Sequence record: SRR20825006_268
DNA length: 35,410 nucleotides
Strand: one strand, 5' to 3'
Part shown: positions 9,591-18,049 of the stretch, piece by piece
How the letters are laid out: each line of letters opens with the position of its first letter
Numbering within the stretch: position 1 is the stretch's first letter
Notes under the pieces: model-generated
What the model was told of the DNA's origin: nothing
Database searches by the model: none
What the model saw: only the letters and a program-made list of their open reading frames with translations
Translations under genes and position numbers: made by a program

Positions 9591-9625
9591 GTAGGTCGTG
9601 TTAGCCTGAAAGGCGTAACCCGACA
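9591..9625 (+). repeat. GTAG-type REP-like palindrome (family 1)
   Basis: GTAG-GTCGTGTTAGCC-tgaa-aGGCGTAACCCGAC-A imperfect hairpin preceded by GTAG. Confidence 0.7.
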
Positions 9626-9666
9626 ATTGGCGTCCTTCCTCTTTTCACAAGGGCAACTGATCAAGG

Positions 9667-9945
9667 ATGATTACCATGAAACAGCCCACCCCGAGTGGCG
9701 GCGTGGTCCACCCACTGCCCGACGATCTTCGCCAGACTCTACTGGCGGACAGCGCCATGCTGGCGCAATGGGAAGACATCACCCCGTTGGCCCGTAACGA
9801 ATGGATTTGCTGGATAGAAGACGCTAAAAAAGCCGACACTCGACGGGGTCGCATTACCCGTGCCCAGGAAAATCTCACCGCCGGCAAACGCCGCCCCTGT
9901 TGCTGGCCGGGCTGCCCCCACCGCGAGCGCACTGGCAAGGCATGA
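9667..9945 (+). CDS. YdeI/OmpD-associated family protein
   Basis: LPDDL..L, WEDITPLARNEWICWIEDAKKADTRRGRI, C-terminal PCCWPGC; AAGGA RBS. Confidence 0.85.
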   Translation: MITMKQPTPSGGVVHPLPDDLRQTLLADSAMLAQWEDITPLARNEWICWIEDAKKADTRRGRITRAQENLTAGKRRPCCWPGCPHRERTGKA

Positions 9946-10164
9946 AAACGTCCGCCCGCGCGCCAACAACCCGGACACCTTACGGCGAGCCATCCGGATG
10001 CACGAGAACCACAAGCTGCCTGATAGTGACGGCTTACCAACATAAAGCCGCAGAGTGCGGTTTGCTTGTTTTCAACGGAAACAGCCCCGCTTACGCACCC
10101 CGCCAGCTACAATTTTCTTCTATATCAAGCACCTTGCTGTCATCCAATGGATGACAATTCTCCA

Positions 10165-10324
10165 GGAGTTATATAGAACGTTCCTCATAACTCCGTGCAG
10201 GAGATTGGCTATAGCATCCCAACCTTTTGTTATGGCAGGCTTTTCCTTGTGGTAAGGGAAGCACGGTTCCAGAGTTATAAGGAACCGGGTTATGCGGAAC
10301 GTTCTAATTAATACGCTGTTAGGC
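10165..10324 (+). mobile_element. Putative integron attI region (core plus repeated upstream arms)
   Basis: Core TAAT-ACGCT-GTTAGGC has the 5-bp L/R spacing of attI1 (TAAA-ACAAA-GTT). Four GRGTTAT-NNN-GAAC motifs lie upstream, and there is no attC-type palindrome directly before the GTT. Confidence 0.6.
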
Positions 10325-10986
10325 ATAAAAGTATGTACCGTAAACTCGAACACAATGTGCCAGAAAAGGCGCAACACAAATATTACAATGAACATTTCGA
10401 GCGTGCTGAAATCGACCTCGCGTTCAAAAATGCGGTTCATGTTTTTCAAAATTGTATATTTGAAGACTGCTGCATAAGGGTTAATTCAAACTCATCTGCT
10501 ACGCCAAAAATACTCGGCACAAATACATTTGCAAATTGCGTAATCTGGCCGGGAAGAAAAATGTCCGTAAGCACCATAGAGGCAAACTTTGTAAGTTGTA
10601 AATTTAAAGGAACATGGTCAGGCCATATAAGAGGCAAGGTAGAAAATTGTGATTTCTCTGAAGCAAATATAGAAATGTTTACCTTCTTTGACCAGAAAGA
10701 AATAGGTAACAATATTATCTGTGGCCAAAACTTAGCCATAATTGAAAATGCTGGTGAGCACAAAGCGGCTTTAAAGTCGGCTTTGGGTGAAGAGTCAAAA
10801 ATGTGGATTCATATTCGCGCAAACACAGGGCTGTTTATTGTTAATATCAATAAGCATCAAGACAGCGAAGTATTGTTAAGGGTTTTGCCTAGTTTGCCAT
10901 TTGTTAAGGTGGCCCATAATGCCTAACAATCGCAGGTTGTCGGACTGGTTTTCCGCTGAGCTCCAAGCCAGCCGCAACTGCGGGCG
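10319..10986 (+). mobile_element. Integron gene cassette (single ORF)
   Basis: Starts at G/TTAGGC (10318-10324), the exact complement of attC R'' GCCTAAC (10921-10927); AT-rich; ATG 14 nt after the crossover; stop codon lies within R''. Confidence 0.88.
10333..10926 (+). CDS. Cassette-encoded hypothetical protein with pentapeptide-like/beta-solenoid repeats
   Basis: 197 aa, AT-rich codons; VFQNCIFEDCCI, TFANCVI, ANFVSCKFKG, VENCDFSEANI. Confidence 0.8.
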   Translation: MYRKLEHNVPEKAQHKYYNEHFERAEIDLAFKNAVHVFQNCIFEDCCIRVNSNSSATPKILGTNTFANCVIWPGRKMSVSTIEANFVSCKFKGTWSGHIRGKVENCDFSEANIEMFTFFDQKEIGNNIICGQNLAIIENAGEHKAALKSALGEESKMWIHIRANTGLFIVNINKHQDSEVLLRVLPSLPFVKVAHNA

Positions 10987-10992
10987 TTAAGG
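10921..10992 (+). mobile_element. attC recombination site
   Basis: GCCTAAC-aat-CGCAG(G)TTG(T)CGG(A)CTGG...CCAGCCG-CAACTGCG-ggc-GTTAAGG: imperfect palindrome with three unpaired bases on one arm. Confidence 0.9.
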
Positions 10993-11026
10993 GAACTTAC
11001 AACCAGCCCCGTTGCATATTTCGGAT

Positions 11027-11965
11027 TCATCTACCGGAAAATGTCCAAGCCAGCACCCGAGCAACCTTGTTTCCCTGCTTCATCTCTATTTCCCGCACCT
11101 CAACGGCGCCGACCTTCAGCATCAATTTCCTCAAAGGCCTCACATTGTCGGATTTTGAAACCAGGCTGGTAAACCAGTGACATTGCGATGAATACACCTG
11201 ACTTTCTCTTACCATTTTCTTGAGAAACAACAGCTCTCCGCCCTTGCACCAGAGCTCAGCGCCCTGCCCACCAAAATTGAGATTCGGCGCCTTTGTTTTT
11301 ACCTTTTCTTTGCCGCGATTGCGCGCAAGGTTCGAGACTTTACGTTGGGTACTTTTCAGTGCCTCATCCTGCGAAGCATGGAAAGGCGGGTTGCATACGC
11401 TGACATCGAAAAACTCATCCGACTGGATGATCCCTTCAAAAATGTGGTTCTTGTCGGTTTGGGTGCGCAGGGAAAAACGCTCTTTGAGATCGGGATTGCT
11501 GGCGATAATCGCTTCCACATTCGCAAGCGACTGGGGGTTTATGTCACTGCCCACACACTGCCAACCGTAAATCCGGCAGGCCAGTAGCGGGTAGATGCCG
11601 TTTGCGCCTGTTCCGATATCAAGTAGCTTGATGTCGGAATTTTCAGGCCCAACCAGATCCGCAATATAATGGATATAGTCAGCCCTACCCGGAATGGGAG
11701 GGCAAAGTGCACCGTCCGGAATATCCCAATCGGCAATATTGTAGTGTTGCTTTAGCAAGGCGGCGTTGAGCGTCTTGACTGCCAACGGATTGGAAAAATC
11801 GATTGAAAGATTGCCGTAAGGGGTTGGCTTCACATGGGAGGCCAACGCCGGATAACGGGTTACCAGAGCAGGAAAGTCATAGCCCTGGTTGTGCAGGTTT
11901 CTCGGATGAAGACCTTTGCTAACCGGTTTGGGCTGGTTTTTCTTACTTCGCTGGCGGGTGTTCAC
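11027..11965 (-). CDS. rlmF: 23S rRNA m6A1618 methyltransferase
   Basis: LHPRN, LCPPIPGRADY, LDIGTGANGIYPLL, CNPPF, ELWCKGGE, WFTSLVSK, MKQGNK, LAWTF; start uncertain (GTG 11965 or TTG 11995). Confidence 0.93.
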   Translation of the reverse strand: MNTRQRSKKNQPKPVSKGLHPRNLHNQGYDFPALVTRYPALASHVKPTPYGNLSIDFSNPLAVKTLNAALLKQHYNIADWDIPDGALCPPIPGRADYIHYIADLVGPENSDIKLLDIGTGANGIYPLLACRIYGWQCVGSDINPQSLANVEAIIASNPDLKERFSLRTQTDKNHIFEGIIQSDEFFDVSVCNPPFHASQDEALKSTQRKVSNLARNRGKEKVKTKAPNLNFGGQGAELWCKGGELLFLKKMVRESQVYSSQCHWFTSLVSKSDNVRPLRKLMLKVGAVEVREIEMKQGNKVARVLAWTFSGR

Positions 11966-12158
11966 AATGACAGGCCTGAGGCGGAGAGTTAACAATTAGA
12001 GTAAATGCGAATTAGCCAGTGATTATAGTGTTTTATCTGTCTCGGGCATAATCGACAGTCAGGAAATCTTGGAGCCAGATCTAGACCTCAATGCTTTACT
12101 CGGTTCTCTATATTTTTTCCTGAACGTTCAGGCTCGCCTATATTCCCTATTAGAGGAA

Positions 12159-12191
12159 TGTCCGATTACGGCTACGCCTAATACGCTCTAT
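12159..12191 (-). repeat. Degenerate REP-like palindrome (family 1), inverted relative to the copy at 9591
   Basis: Reverse complement ATAGAGCGTATTAGGCGTAGCCGTAATCGGACA follows the same (G)TAGnnCGTnTTAG..loop..CGTAAnCnGACA layout. Confidence 0.55.
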
Positions 12192-12358
12192 CCAAGCCGC
12201 TTATAACTTATTTTCCGGTACTCACGTTCTCCCAAGGGAAAAGACTTTTCATTGTCAGATGAATCCCTGGATTTTTTTAGTCCACCTTGTCGATTATCGA
12301 CATTCCAGTTCGACTGATCATTAACAACACATCCGTTAATACGATTAAGGAGAGCGAC

Positions 12359-12814
12359 ATGGCAGAAGCAACGGGGACCGTCACGCTACACCGAGTACTG
12401 CGGGCACCCACTGGTCGGGTGTACAAGGCATTCATTGACAAACAGGCACTGGAATACTGGCTGCCGCCCTACGGCTTCACGGGAACGGTGCATGAAATAG
12501 ATATCAGCGTAGGTGGCGGGTATCAGATGTCGTTCACCAACTTCCGTACCGGTGAATCACATTCCTTCACGGTGAAATACCTGGAACTGGAACCCGGCAA
12601 ACGCCTGTGCCACACGGACCGTTTTGAGAATGTACAGCTGCCCGGGGAAATGCGGGTGACCATTAACCTCGACGAAGTGCCCTGTGGCACGGAGCTTCGC
12701 ATTACCCAGGAAGGAATCCCCGCCGTGATTCCGAAAGCCATGTGTTATCTGGGTTGGCAGGAATCACTGGCACAACTAGCCAGACTGGTGGAACCCGATA
12801 TCCCTGAGGGGTAA
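12359..12814 (+). CDS. SRPBCC/AHSA1 family protein
   Basis: LHRVLRAP..RVYKAF, WLPPYGF, GGGYQMSF, CYLGWQESL; AAGGAG RBS. Confidence 0.9.
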   Translation: MAEATGTVTLHRVLRAPTGRVYKAFIDKQALEYWLPPYGFTGTVHEIDISVGGGYQMSFTNFRTGESHSFTVKYLELEPGKRLCHTDRFENVQLPGEMRVTINLDEVPCGTELRITQEGIPAVIPKAMCYLGWQESLAQLARLVEPDIPEG

Positions 12815-13139
12815 TGCGCACCAGAAAGAATTACCCCGTCACCGGCACCCCATTGCACAGGCGCAGAGGTTGGCGCCTCTGTGCATACTGTACGGCCTCA
12901 GGTATCGCGTTAACAAATATCCTGTCCCTCGCGGGGTTGAAACTCTCGTTATCGCCCTTAGTCTCACGAATCGTGATCCTGCTTTAGCCGGGGCGAGCAC
13001 ACACGCAAACTCCATGCCAGCGCTCTGTGTGGCGCCTTTTTCTACCCCGGCCATGCGGGGATGTGTACCCAAGGAGAAATCCAAAAGCCTCATAGCAAGG
13101 CTGCTTCTGATTTCTGCACCAGATTACGGAGGTGATTTG

Positions 13140-14072
13140 ATGTCAGCCCAGAACCTGACTTGCCCGGCGCCGATTTCGGCTGATCCCTACCCCACCCGGT
13201 TATATCAGCATCCGGAACAACCCTGGCGCGAGCGCCGGGAACATACCGTAAAAGGCCGGCATTTTCCTGGCCCGCTCACTGAATTGCAGCTTGACTGCTT
13301 TGCAGACAACGGTTTTCTTTTTGAACCCGGCTTTCTGCCCACAGAAGAGGTCCGCGCTCTGACTGATGCCATGGATGAGCTACTGAATTGTGATGATTAC
13401 AGAAACCGGTCGTTTACGATTACCGAACCGAACAGCCAGGAAATTCGTTCCGTGTTTGCCGTACATTTTCTGCATCGCGCCTTTCAGCGTCTGGCACGCG
13501 ATCCTCGCCTGACGAAACGGGTGGCCCAGATTCTGGGAGGCAATCACTACATCCACCAATCGCGCATCAATTACAAACCCGGCTTCAAGGGAAGAGGATT
13601 CAACTGGCATTCCGATTTTGAAACCTGGCATGCCGAGGATGGCATGCCCGCCATGCACGCGGTGAGCGCCTCTATCATCCTCACCGACAACCATGCCTTT
13701 AACGGACCGCTGATGCTGATCCCCGGCTCCCATCGACACTTTATTCCGTGCGTAGGCCCCACGCCAGATGAACACCACAAACAGTCCCTGAAGGCACAGC
13801 AAATTGGCGTACCGCCACAAGGCGCTCTGAAAGCCATGATTGACCAATATGGCATTGAAGCCCCCACCGGCCCGGCGGGCAGCTTGTTGCTGTTCGACTG
13901 CAACACCCTGCACGGCTCTAATGCCAATATGTCACCGGACCCACGCAGCAATGTGTTCTTTGTTTTTAATCGCCGGGACAACGCCTGTGGTGAACCCTAC
14001 GCGGCGAACAAACGTCGGCCACGGTTTCTCGGCCATGAGCCAGATCGGCTTTGGCAAGCGGAAGATAATTAA
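13140..14072 (+). CDS. ectD: Ectoine hydroxylase
   Basis: Signature FNWHSDFETWHAEDGMP, HQSRINYKPGF, FDCNTLHGS, PRSNVF; GGAGG RBS. Confidence 0.95.
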   Translation: MSAQNLTCPAPISADPYPTRLYQHPEQPWRERREHTVKGRHFPGPLTELQLDCFADNGFLFEPGFLPTEEVRALTDAMDELLNCDDYRNRSFTITEPNSQEIRSVFAVHFLHRAFQRLARDPRLTKRVAQILGGNHYIHQSRINYKPGFKGRGFNWHSDFETWHAEDGMPAMHAVSASIILTDNHAFNGPLMLIPGSHRHFIPCVGPTPDEHHKQSLKAQQIGVPPQGALKAMIDQYGIEAPTGPAGSLLLFDCNTLHGSNANMSPDPRSNVFFVFNRRDNACGEPYAANKRRPRFLGHEPDRLWQAEDN

Positions 14073-14101
14073 TTCGCGACAAAAACTTTCGACGACTGAA
14101 T

Positions 14102-14140
14102 AAAAGCCGCGCCTACAATCTATGGCGCGGCCTTTTGTTT
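14102..14140. terminator. Bidirectional terminator
   Basis: AAAA-GCCGCGCC-loop-GGCGCGGC-CTTTTGTTT between convergent genes. Confidence 0.8.
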
Positions 14141-14153
14141 CCGTTATTAACTA

Positions 14154-15047
14154 TTAATTTCTTTCTTTGTGCTGAAAAAATCGCTGAATGCTGGAGAAAT
14201 CTTTCTCGGCGTATCCGTGGTTGCCGTGGGCGGCATAGAGGGATTTCGCCAGATTCCCCATGGGCGTGACGGACTGGGTGCTGAGGCCGGCTTGCAGCGC
14301 CAGCCCCAGATCCTTGTTCATCAGCTTCACCGCAAAACCGCCTTCGTAATTTTTCGATGACGGCACGTTTTCCATCACACCTGGCCAGGGGTTGTACTTG
14401 TCCAGCGACCAGTTGTCGCCGGAACTGGCTTTCATGATGTCGGACAGTACGGCCGGGTCCAGGCCGTGGTCGGCGCCCATTTGCAGGGCTTCGGCGGTAC
14501 CGATCATGTGGATCGCAAGCAGCATGTTGTTGCAGATTTTCGCCAGTTGCCCGGCACCGTTATCACCAGCACGAAACACCTGCGCACCCATGCATTCCAG
14601 CACCGGGCGGGCACGATAGATGGCCTCTTCCGGGCCGCCACAGATAAAGGTGAGCGTGCCAGCCTTGGCCCCGCCAACGCCGCCGGAGACCGGCGCATCG
14701 ATCATTACCCTGCCCTGCTCCTGGGCAATGGCAGCCACGTCACGGGCGGTGTCTGCATCAATGGTGGAGCAATCGATAATCAGGGCGCTTTTATCAATGT
14801 GCGACAGCACACCCTCCTCTCCCAGGTACAGACCACGAACCGCACCCGCTGACGGCAGCATGCTAACAACCACGTCAACGCCGGCGACAGCATCAACCGC
14901 ACTACTCGCCGCCTTGGCGCCTTCCTGAACGACGGTTTCCAGCAAGGCGGGCATCAGGTCAAACGCCACCACTTCATGGCCGGCCTTAACCAGATTGGCG
15001 GCCATGGGCCCGCCCATATGACCGACACCGAAGAATCCGATTTTCAT
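14154..15047 (-). CDS. mmsB: 3-hydroxyisobutyrate dehydrogenase
   Basis: GFFGVGHMGGPMA, DAPVSGG, KICNNM, YNPWPG, DFS. Confidence 0.95.
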   Translation of the reverse strand: MKIGFFGVGHMGGPMAANLVKAGHEVVAFDLMPALLETVVQEGAKAASSAVDAVAGVDVVVSMLPSAGAVRGLYLGEEGVLSHIDKSALIIDCSTIDADTARDVAAIAQEQGRVMIDAPVSGGVGGAKAGTLTFICGGPEEAIYRARPVLECMGAQVFRAGDNGAGQLAKICNNMLLAIHMIGTAEALQMGADHGLDPAVLSDIMKASSGDNWSLDKYNPWPGVMENVPSSKNYEGGFAVKLMNKDLGLALQAGLSTQSVTPMGNLAKSLYAAHGNHGYAEKDFSSIQRFFQHKERN

Positions 15048-15126
15048 AGCGCACTCCTTGTCATTATCGCATCACGCTTCAGGCACCATGCATGCACGCG
15101 CGCCGGCATGTTGCGTGTTGCATCTT

Positions 15127-16278
15127 TTATAAAAACGATAAATCTTTTAATACATTGCGCGCGATGATCACACGCATAATTTCATTGGTGCCTTCCAGAA
15201 TCTGGTGCACTCGCGCATCGCGCACATATCGCTCTAGCGGATACTCACTGATATAGCCGTAGCCACCGTGCAGCTGCAGCGCCTGGTTGCAAACGTTGAA
15301 ACACAGATCCGTTGCCATGCGTTTGGCCATGGCGCACAACATGCTTTTATCACTGTGATTCTGATCCAGCTTCCAGGCAGCCAGGCGCACCATCTGCTGT
15401 GCCGCTACCAGCTCGGTGGCCATGTCCGCCAGGGCGAACTGCACGGTCTGAAAATCAGCAATGGCCTGGCCAAACTGTTTGCGTTCCTGCACGTATTGTT
15501 GCGCGTGTTTCAGTGCGGCCTGGGCCGCCCCCAGCGAACAGCTGGCAATATTGATACGCCCCCCATCAAGGCCAGCCATAGCGATCCGGAAGCCCTGCCC
15601 TTCTTCGCCGATCAGGCAGTCCGCAGGAATTCGTGCGTCTTCGAGAATCACCGCCCGGGTAGGCTGGCTTTTCCAGCCCATCTTGGCTTCATTACGGCCG
15701 TAGCTGATGCCCGGCGTATCCGCCGGCACCGCAAAGCAGGAAATACCCCCTGCGCCTGGCCCGCCGGTACGTGCCATCAACACCAGCACATCGGTATCGC
15801 CGGCGCCGGAAATAAACGCCTTGGCGCCATTCAGCACATACCCATCGCCGTCTTTTTTTGCGGTGGTGCTTAACGAGGCGGCATCGGAACCGGCACCCGG
15901 CTCGGTAAGGCAATAGGACGCCAGCTTTTCACCACTCATCAACGCATCGGCCCAGCGCCCCCGCGTCGCCTCGTTACCGAAACGGGTGAGCATCCAGGTC
16001 GCCATATTGTGGATGGTGATGAAGGCGGTGGTGGAGGTGCAGCCCTGGGAGAGCTGTTCAAAGATCAATGCCGCATCCAACCGACTCAATCCCATGCCGC
16101 CATGTTCTTCATCGCAGTACAAGGAACAGAAGCCCAACGCCCCGGCTTCGCGAATGGCGTCTTTTGGGAAGAGGCTTTTGGCATCCCATTCTGCGGCGAA
16201 AGGCGCCAGCGCTTTTTCAGAAAACTGCCGTGCCGTTTCCCGGAATGCCTGTTGTTCTTCAGTGAAAGAAAAGTCCAC
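15127..16278 (-). CDS. Acyl-CoA dehydrogenase (isobutyryl-CoA dehydrogenase-like)
   Basis: YCLTEPGAGSDA, LNGAKAFISG, GLDGGRINI, QLHGGYGY, ILEGTNE; lies between mmsA and mmsB. Confidence 0.92.
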   Translation of the reverse strand: MDFSFTEEQQAFRETARQFSEKALAPFAAEWDAKSLFPKDAIREAGALGFCSLYCDEEHGGMGLSRLDAALIFEQLSQGCTSTTAFITIHNMATWMLTRFGNEATRGRWADALMSGEKLASYCLTEPGAGSDAASLSTTAKKDGDGYVLNGAKAFISGAGDTDVLVLMARTGGPGAGGISCFAVPADTPGISYGRNEAKMGWKSQPTRAVILEDARIPADCLIGEEGQGFRIAMAGLDGGRINIASCSLGAAQAALKHAQQYVQERKQFGQAIADFQTVQFALADMATELVAAQQMVRLAAWKLDQNHSDKSMLCAMAKRMATDLCFNVCNQALQLHGGYGYISEYPLERYVRDARVHQILEGTNEIMRVIIARNVLKDLSFL

Positions 16279-16321
16279 GCATTGATCCTTTCAAGACCGT
16301 TTAATCATTCAAGACTCTGCC

Positions 16322-16397
16322 GAAGGAGCGCAGCGAATAAAGTCGCTGGCGGCGCGATAACCTGACGCTGGAATCGCGCTGCAAGCGACGCTCCTAC
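16322..16397. repeat. Inverted REP doublet (family 2, GTAGGAGCGTCGC)
   Basis: Right copy (minus strand) is GTAGGAGCGTCGCTTGCAGCGCGA; left copy GAAGGAGC[insert]GTCGCTGGCGGCGCGA. Confidence 0.7.
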
Positions 16398-16408
16398 GGA
16401 AAACCCCG

Positions 16409-17908
16409 TCACTTCAAATTAATGCTCATGTTCGGCCCTGCGGCAGCCGGAATGTCGGAATCAAACCAACGACTGGTAACGGTCTTGGTTTCCGTATAGA
16501 AGCGCACGCCCTGCTTGCCGTAAGCGTGTTGATCGCCATAAAACGATCCTTTCCAGCCAGTGAAGCTGAAGAATGGCAGCGGCACAGGAATCGGCACATT
16601 GATACCCACCTGCCCGACTTCCACTTCGTGCTGGTATTTGCGCGCAGCGGCGCCGTTGGCAGTAAAGATAGACGTGCCGTTGCCGTAAGGGCTGTTGTTG
16701 ACCAGTTCGAGGGCCTTATCCAGTGAGTCCACGCAGACGCAGCACAACACCGGGCCAAAAATTTCTTCCTGATAGATCGCCATGTCAGCGGTCACATCGG
16801 TGAACAGCGTCGGTCCGACCCAATTGCCGTCTGGCAAGCCGTCCACGGTACAGTCCGAGCCATCCAACAGGCAGGTAGCGCCTTCTTTCTTACCCTGCGC
16901 GATCATGCTTAGCACCCGTTGTTTTGCTGCCGGGCTGATCTGCGGGCCATACGCCGCATCCGGGTCATTCCAGGCGCCGGGCCGAATCTGTGCGAACTGG
17001 CTGGCCAGCTCGTCGATCCAGGCTTTGGAATCGCCCACGAACACCGCCACACTGATGGCCATGCAACGCTGCCCCGCCGCCCCGCAGGACGACCCCACCA
17101 GGCTGCTGACCACCTGATCCTTGTTGGCATCCGGCATGATGACCATGTGATTCTTGGCGCCCGCAAAACACTGTGCGCGTTTCATATTGGCGGTGGCAGT
17201 GCGGTACACGTGCTGCCCCACCGGCACAGAGCCCACAAACGAGACGGCCTTGATGTCCGGGTGTGACAGCAAGGTATCCACCTGCTCCTTGCCACCGTGC
17301 ACCACCTGCAACAGGCCCGGTGCTGCCCCCGCTTCCTGAAACAGCTCGGCCAGACGGTTTGGCGTCATGGGGTCTTGCTCAGAGGGCTTGAGCACGAAGG
17401 TATTACCGGCAGCGATAGCCAGCGGGAACATCCACAGGGGAATCATCGCCGGGAAATTGAACGGGGTAATCCCGGCGCACACGCCCAACGGCTGGGTCCA
17501 GGAATGAGTGTCGATGCTGCGCGCCACGTTCTCCACGGTTTCGCCCATCATCAACGAAGCGATATTGGCGGCCTGCTCGGCCACTTCGATACCACGCCAT
17601 ACATCCCCTTTGGCGTCTTCAAAGGTCTTACCGGTTTCCTGGCTGAGAATCTCGGCAATTTCGTCGTGATGCTCTTTCAACAGCGCCTGATAGCGCAGCA
17701 TCAACCGGGCACGCTCGGACACTGGCACTTCTTTCCAGGTCTGGAAGGCCGCCTTGCCCGCCGCAATGGCCCGCTCCATTTCCTCAGCGGTGGCCGCCGG
17801 GGCTTCGCACAGGGTTTCCTGCGTGGCCGGGTTGGTTACCGCAATCCACTGGTCAGTCTGGCTGGCAACAAATTCGCCATTAATCAGTAAGGGTAGTTGG
17901 TGGGCCAT
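16409..17908 (-). CDS. mmsA: CoA-acylating methylmalonate-semialdehyde dehydrogenase
   Basis: [50 protein letters not shown]. Confidence 0.96.
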   Translation of the reverse strand: MAHQLPLLINGEFVASQTDQWIAVTNPATQETLCEAPAATAEEMERAIAAGKAAFQTWKEVPVSERARLMLRYQALLKEHHDEIAEILSQETGKTFEDAKGDVWRGIEVAEQAANIASLMMGETVENVARSIDTHSWTQPLGVCAGITPFNFPAMIPLWMFPLAIAAGNTFVLKPSEQDPMTPNRLAELFQEAGAAPGLLQVVHGGKEQVDTLLSHPDIKAVSFVGSVPVGQHVYRTATANMKRAQCFAGAKNHMVIMPDANKDQVVSSLVGSSCGAAGQRCMAISVAVFVGDSKAWIDELASQFAQIRPGAWNDPDAAYGPQISPAAKQRVLSMIAQGKKEGATCLLDGSDCTVDGLPDGNWVGPTLFTDVTADMAIYQEEIFGPVLCCVCVDSLDKALELVNNSPYGNGTSIFTANGAAARKYQHEVEVGQVGINVPIPVPLPFFSFTGWKGSFYGDQHAYGKQGVRFYTETKTVTSRWFDSDIPAAAGPNMSINLK

Positions 17909-18049
17909 CGAAATCTCCATGATTGTCCGTACTCCAGGCTGGCGGCCAGCGTAGAGCAAGTCTGCGTGCAAGCGTTGACACTGTTGTAGCACAGCTTGTT
18001 TGTCATGCAGATAGCCACTTTTGAACAAAGATGGACTATATTGCTGTTT

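Noticed and set aside
9946-10164. Integron integrase remnant or LexA box
   Set aside because: The listed ORFs show no tyrosine-recombinase motifs, and no CTGT-N8-ACAG was found
10120-10763. Minus-strand ORFs (109 aa and 105 aa) and + ORF 10292-10477
   Set aside because: They overlap the cassette gene or attI region and show no recognisable motifs
11996-12290. Second attC closing an rlmF cassette
   Set aside because: No CCTTAAC or RYYYAAC followed by an attC-like palindrome and GTTRRRY
12870-13139. N-terminal extension of EctD in the ORF track (similarly for the amidase, MmsA and FUSC)
   Set aside because: Family-typical starts lie downstream, with a clear RBS for ectD and mmsA; the amidase, MmsA and FUSC extensions also overlap neighbouring genes
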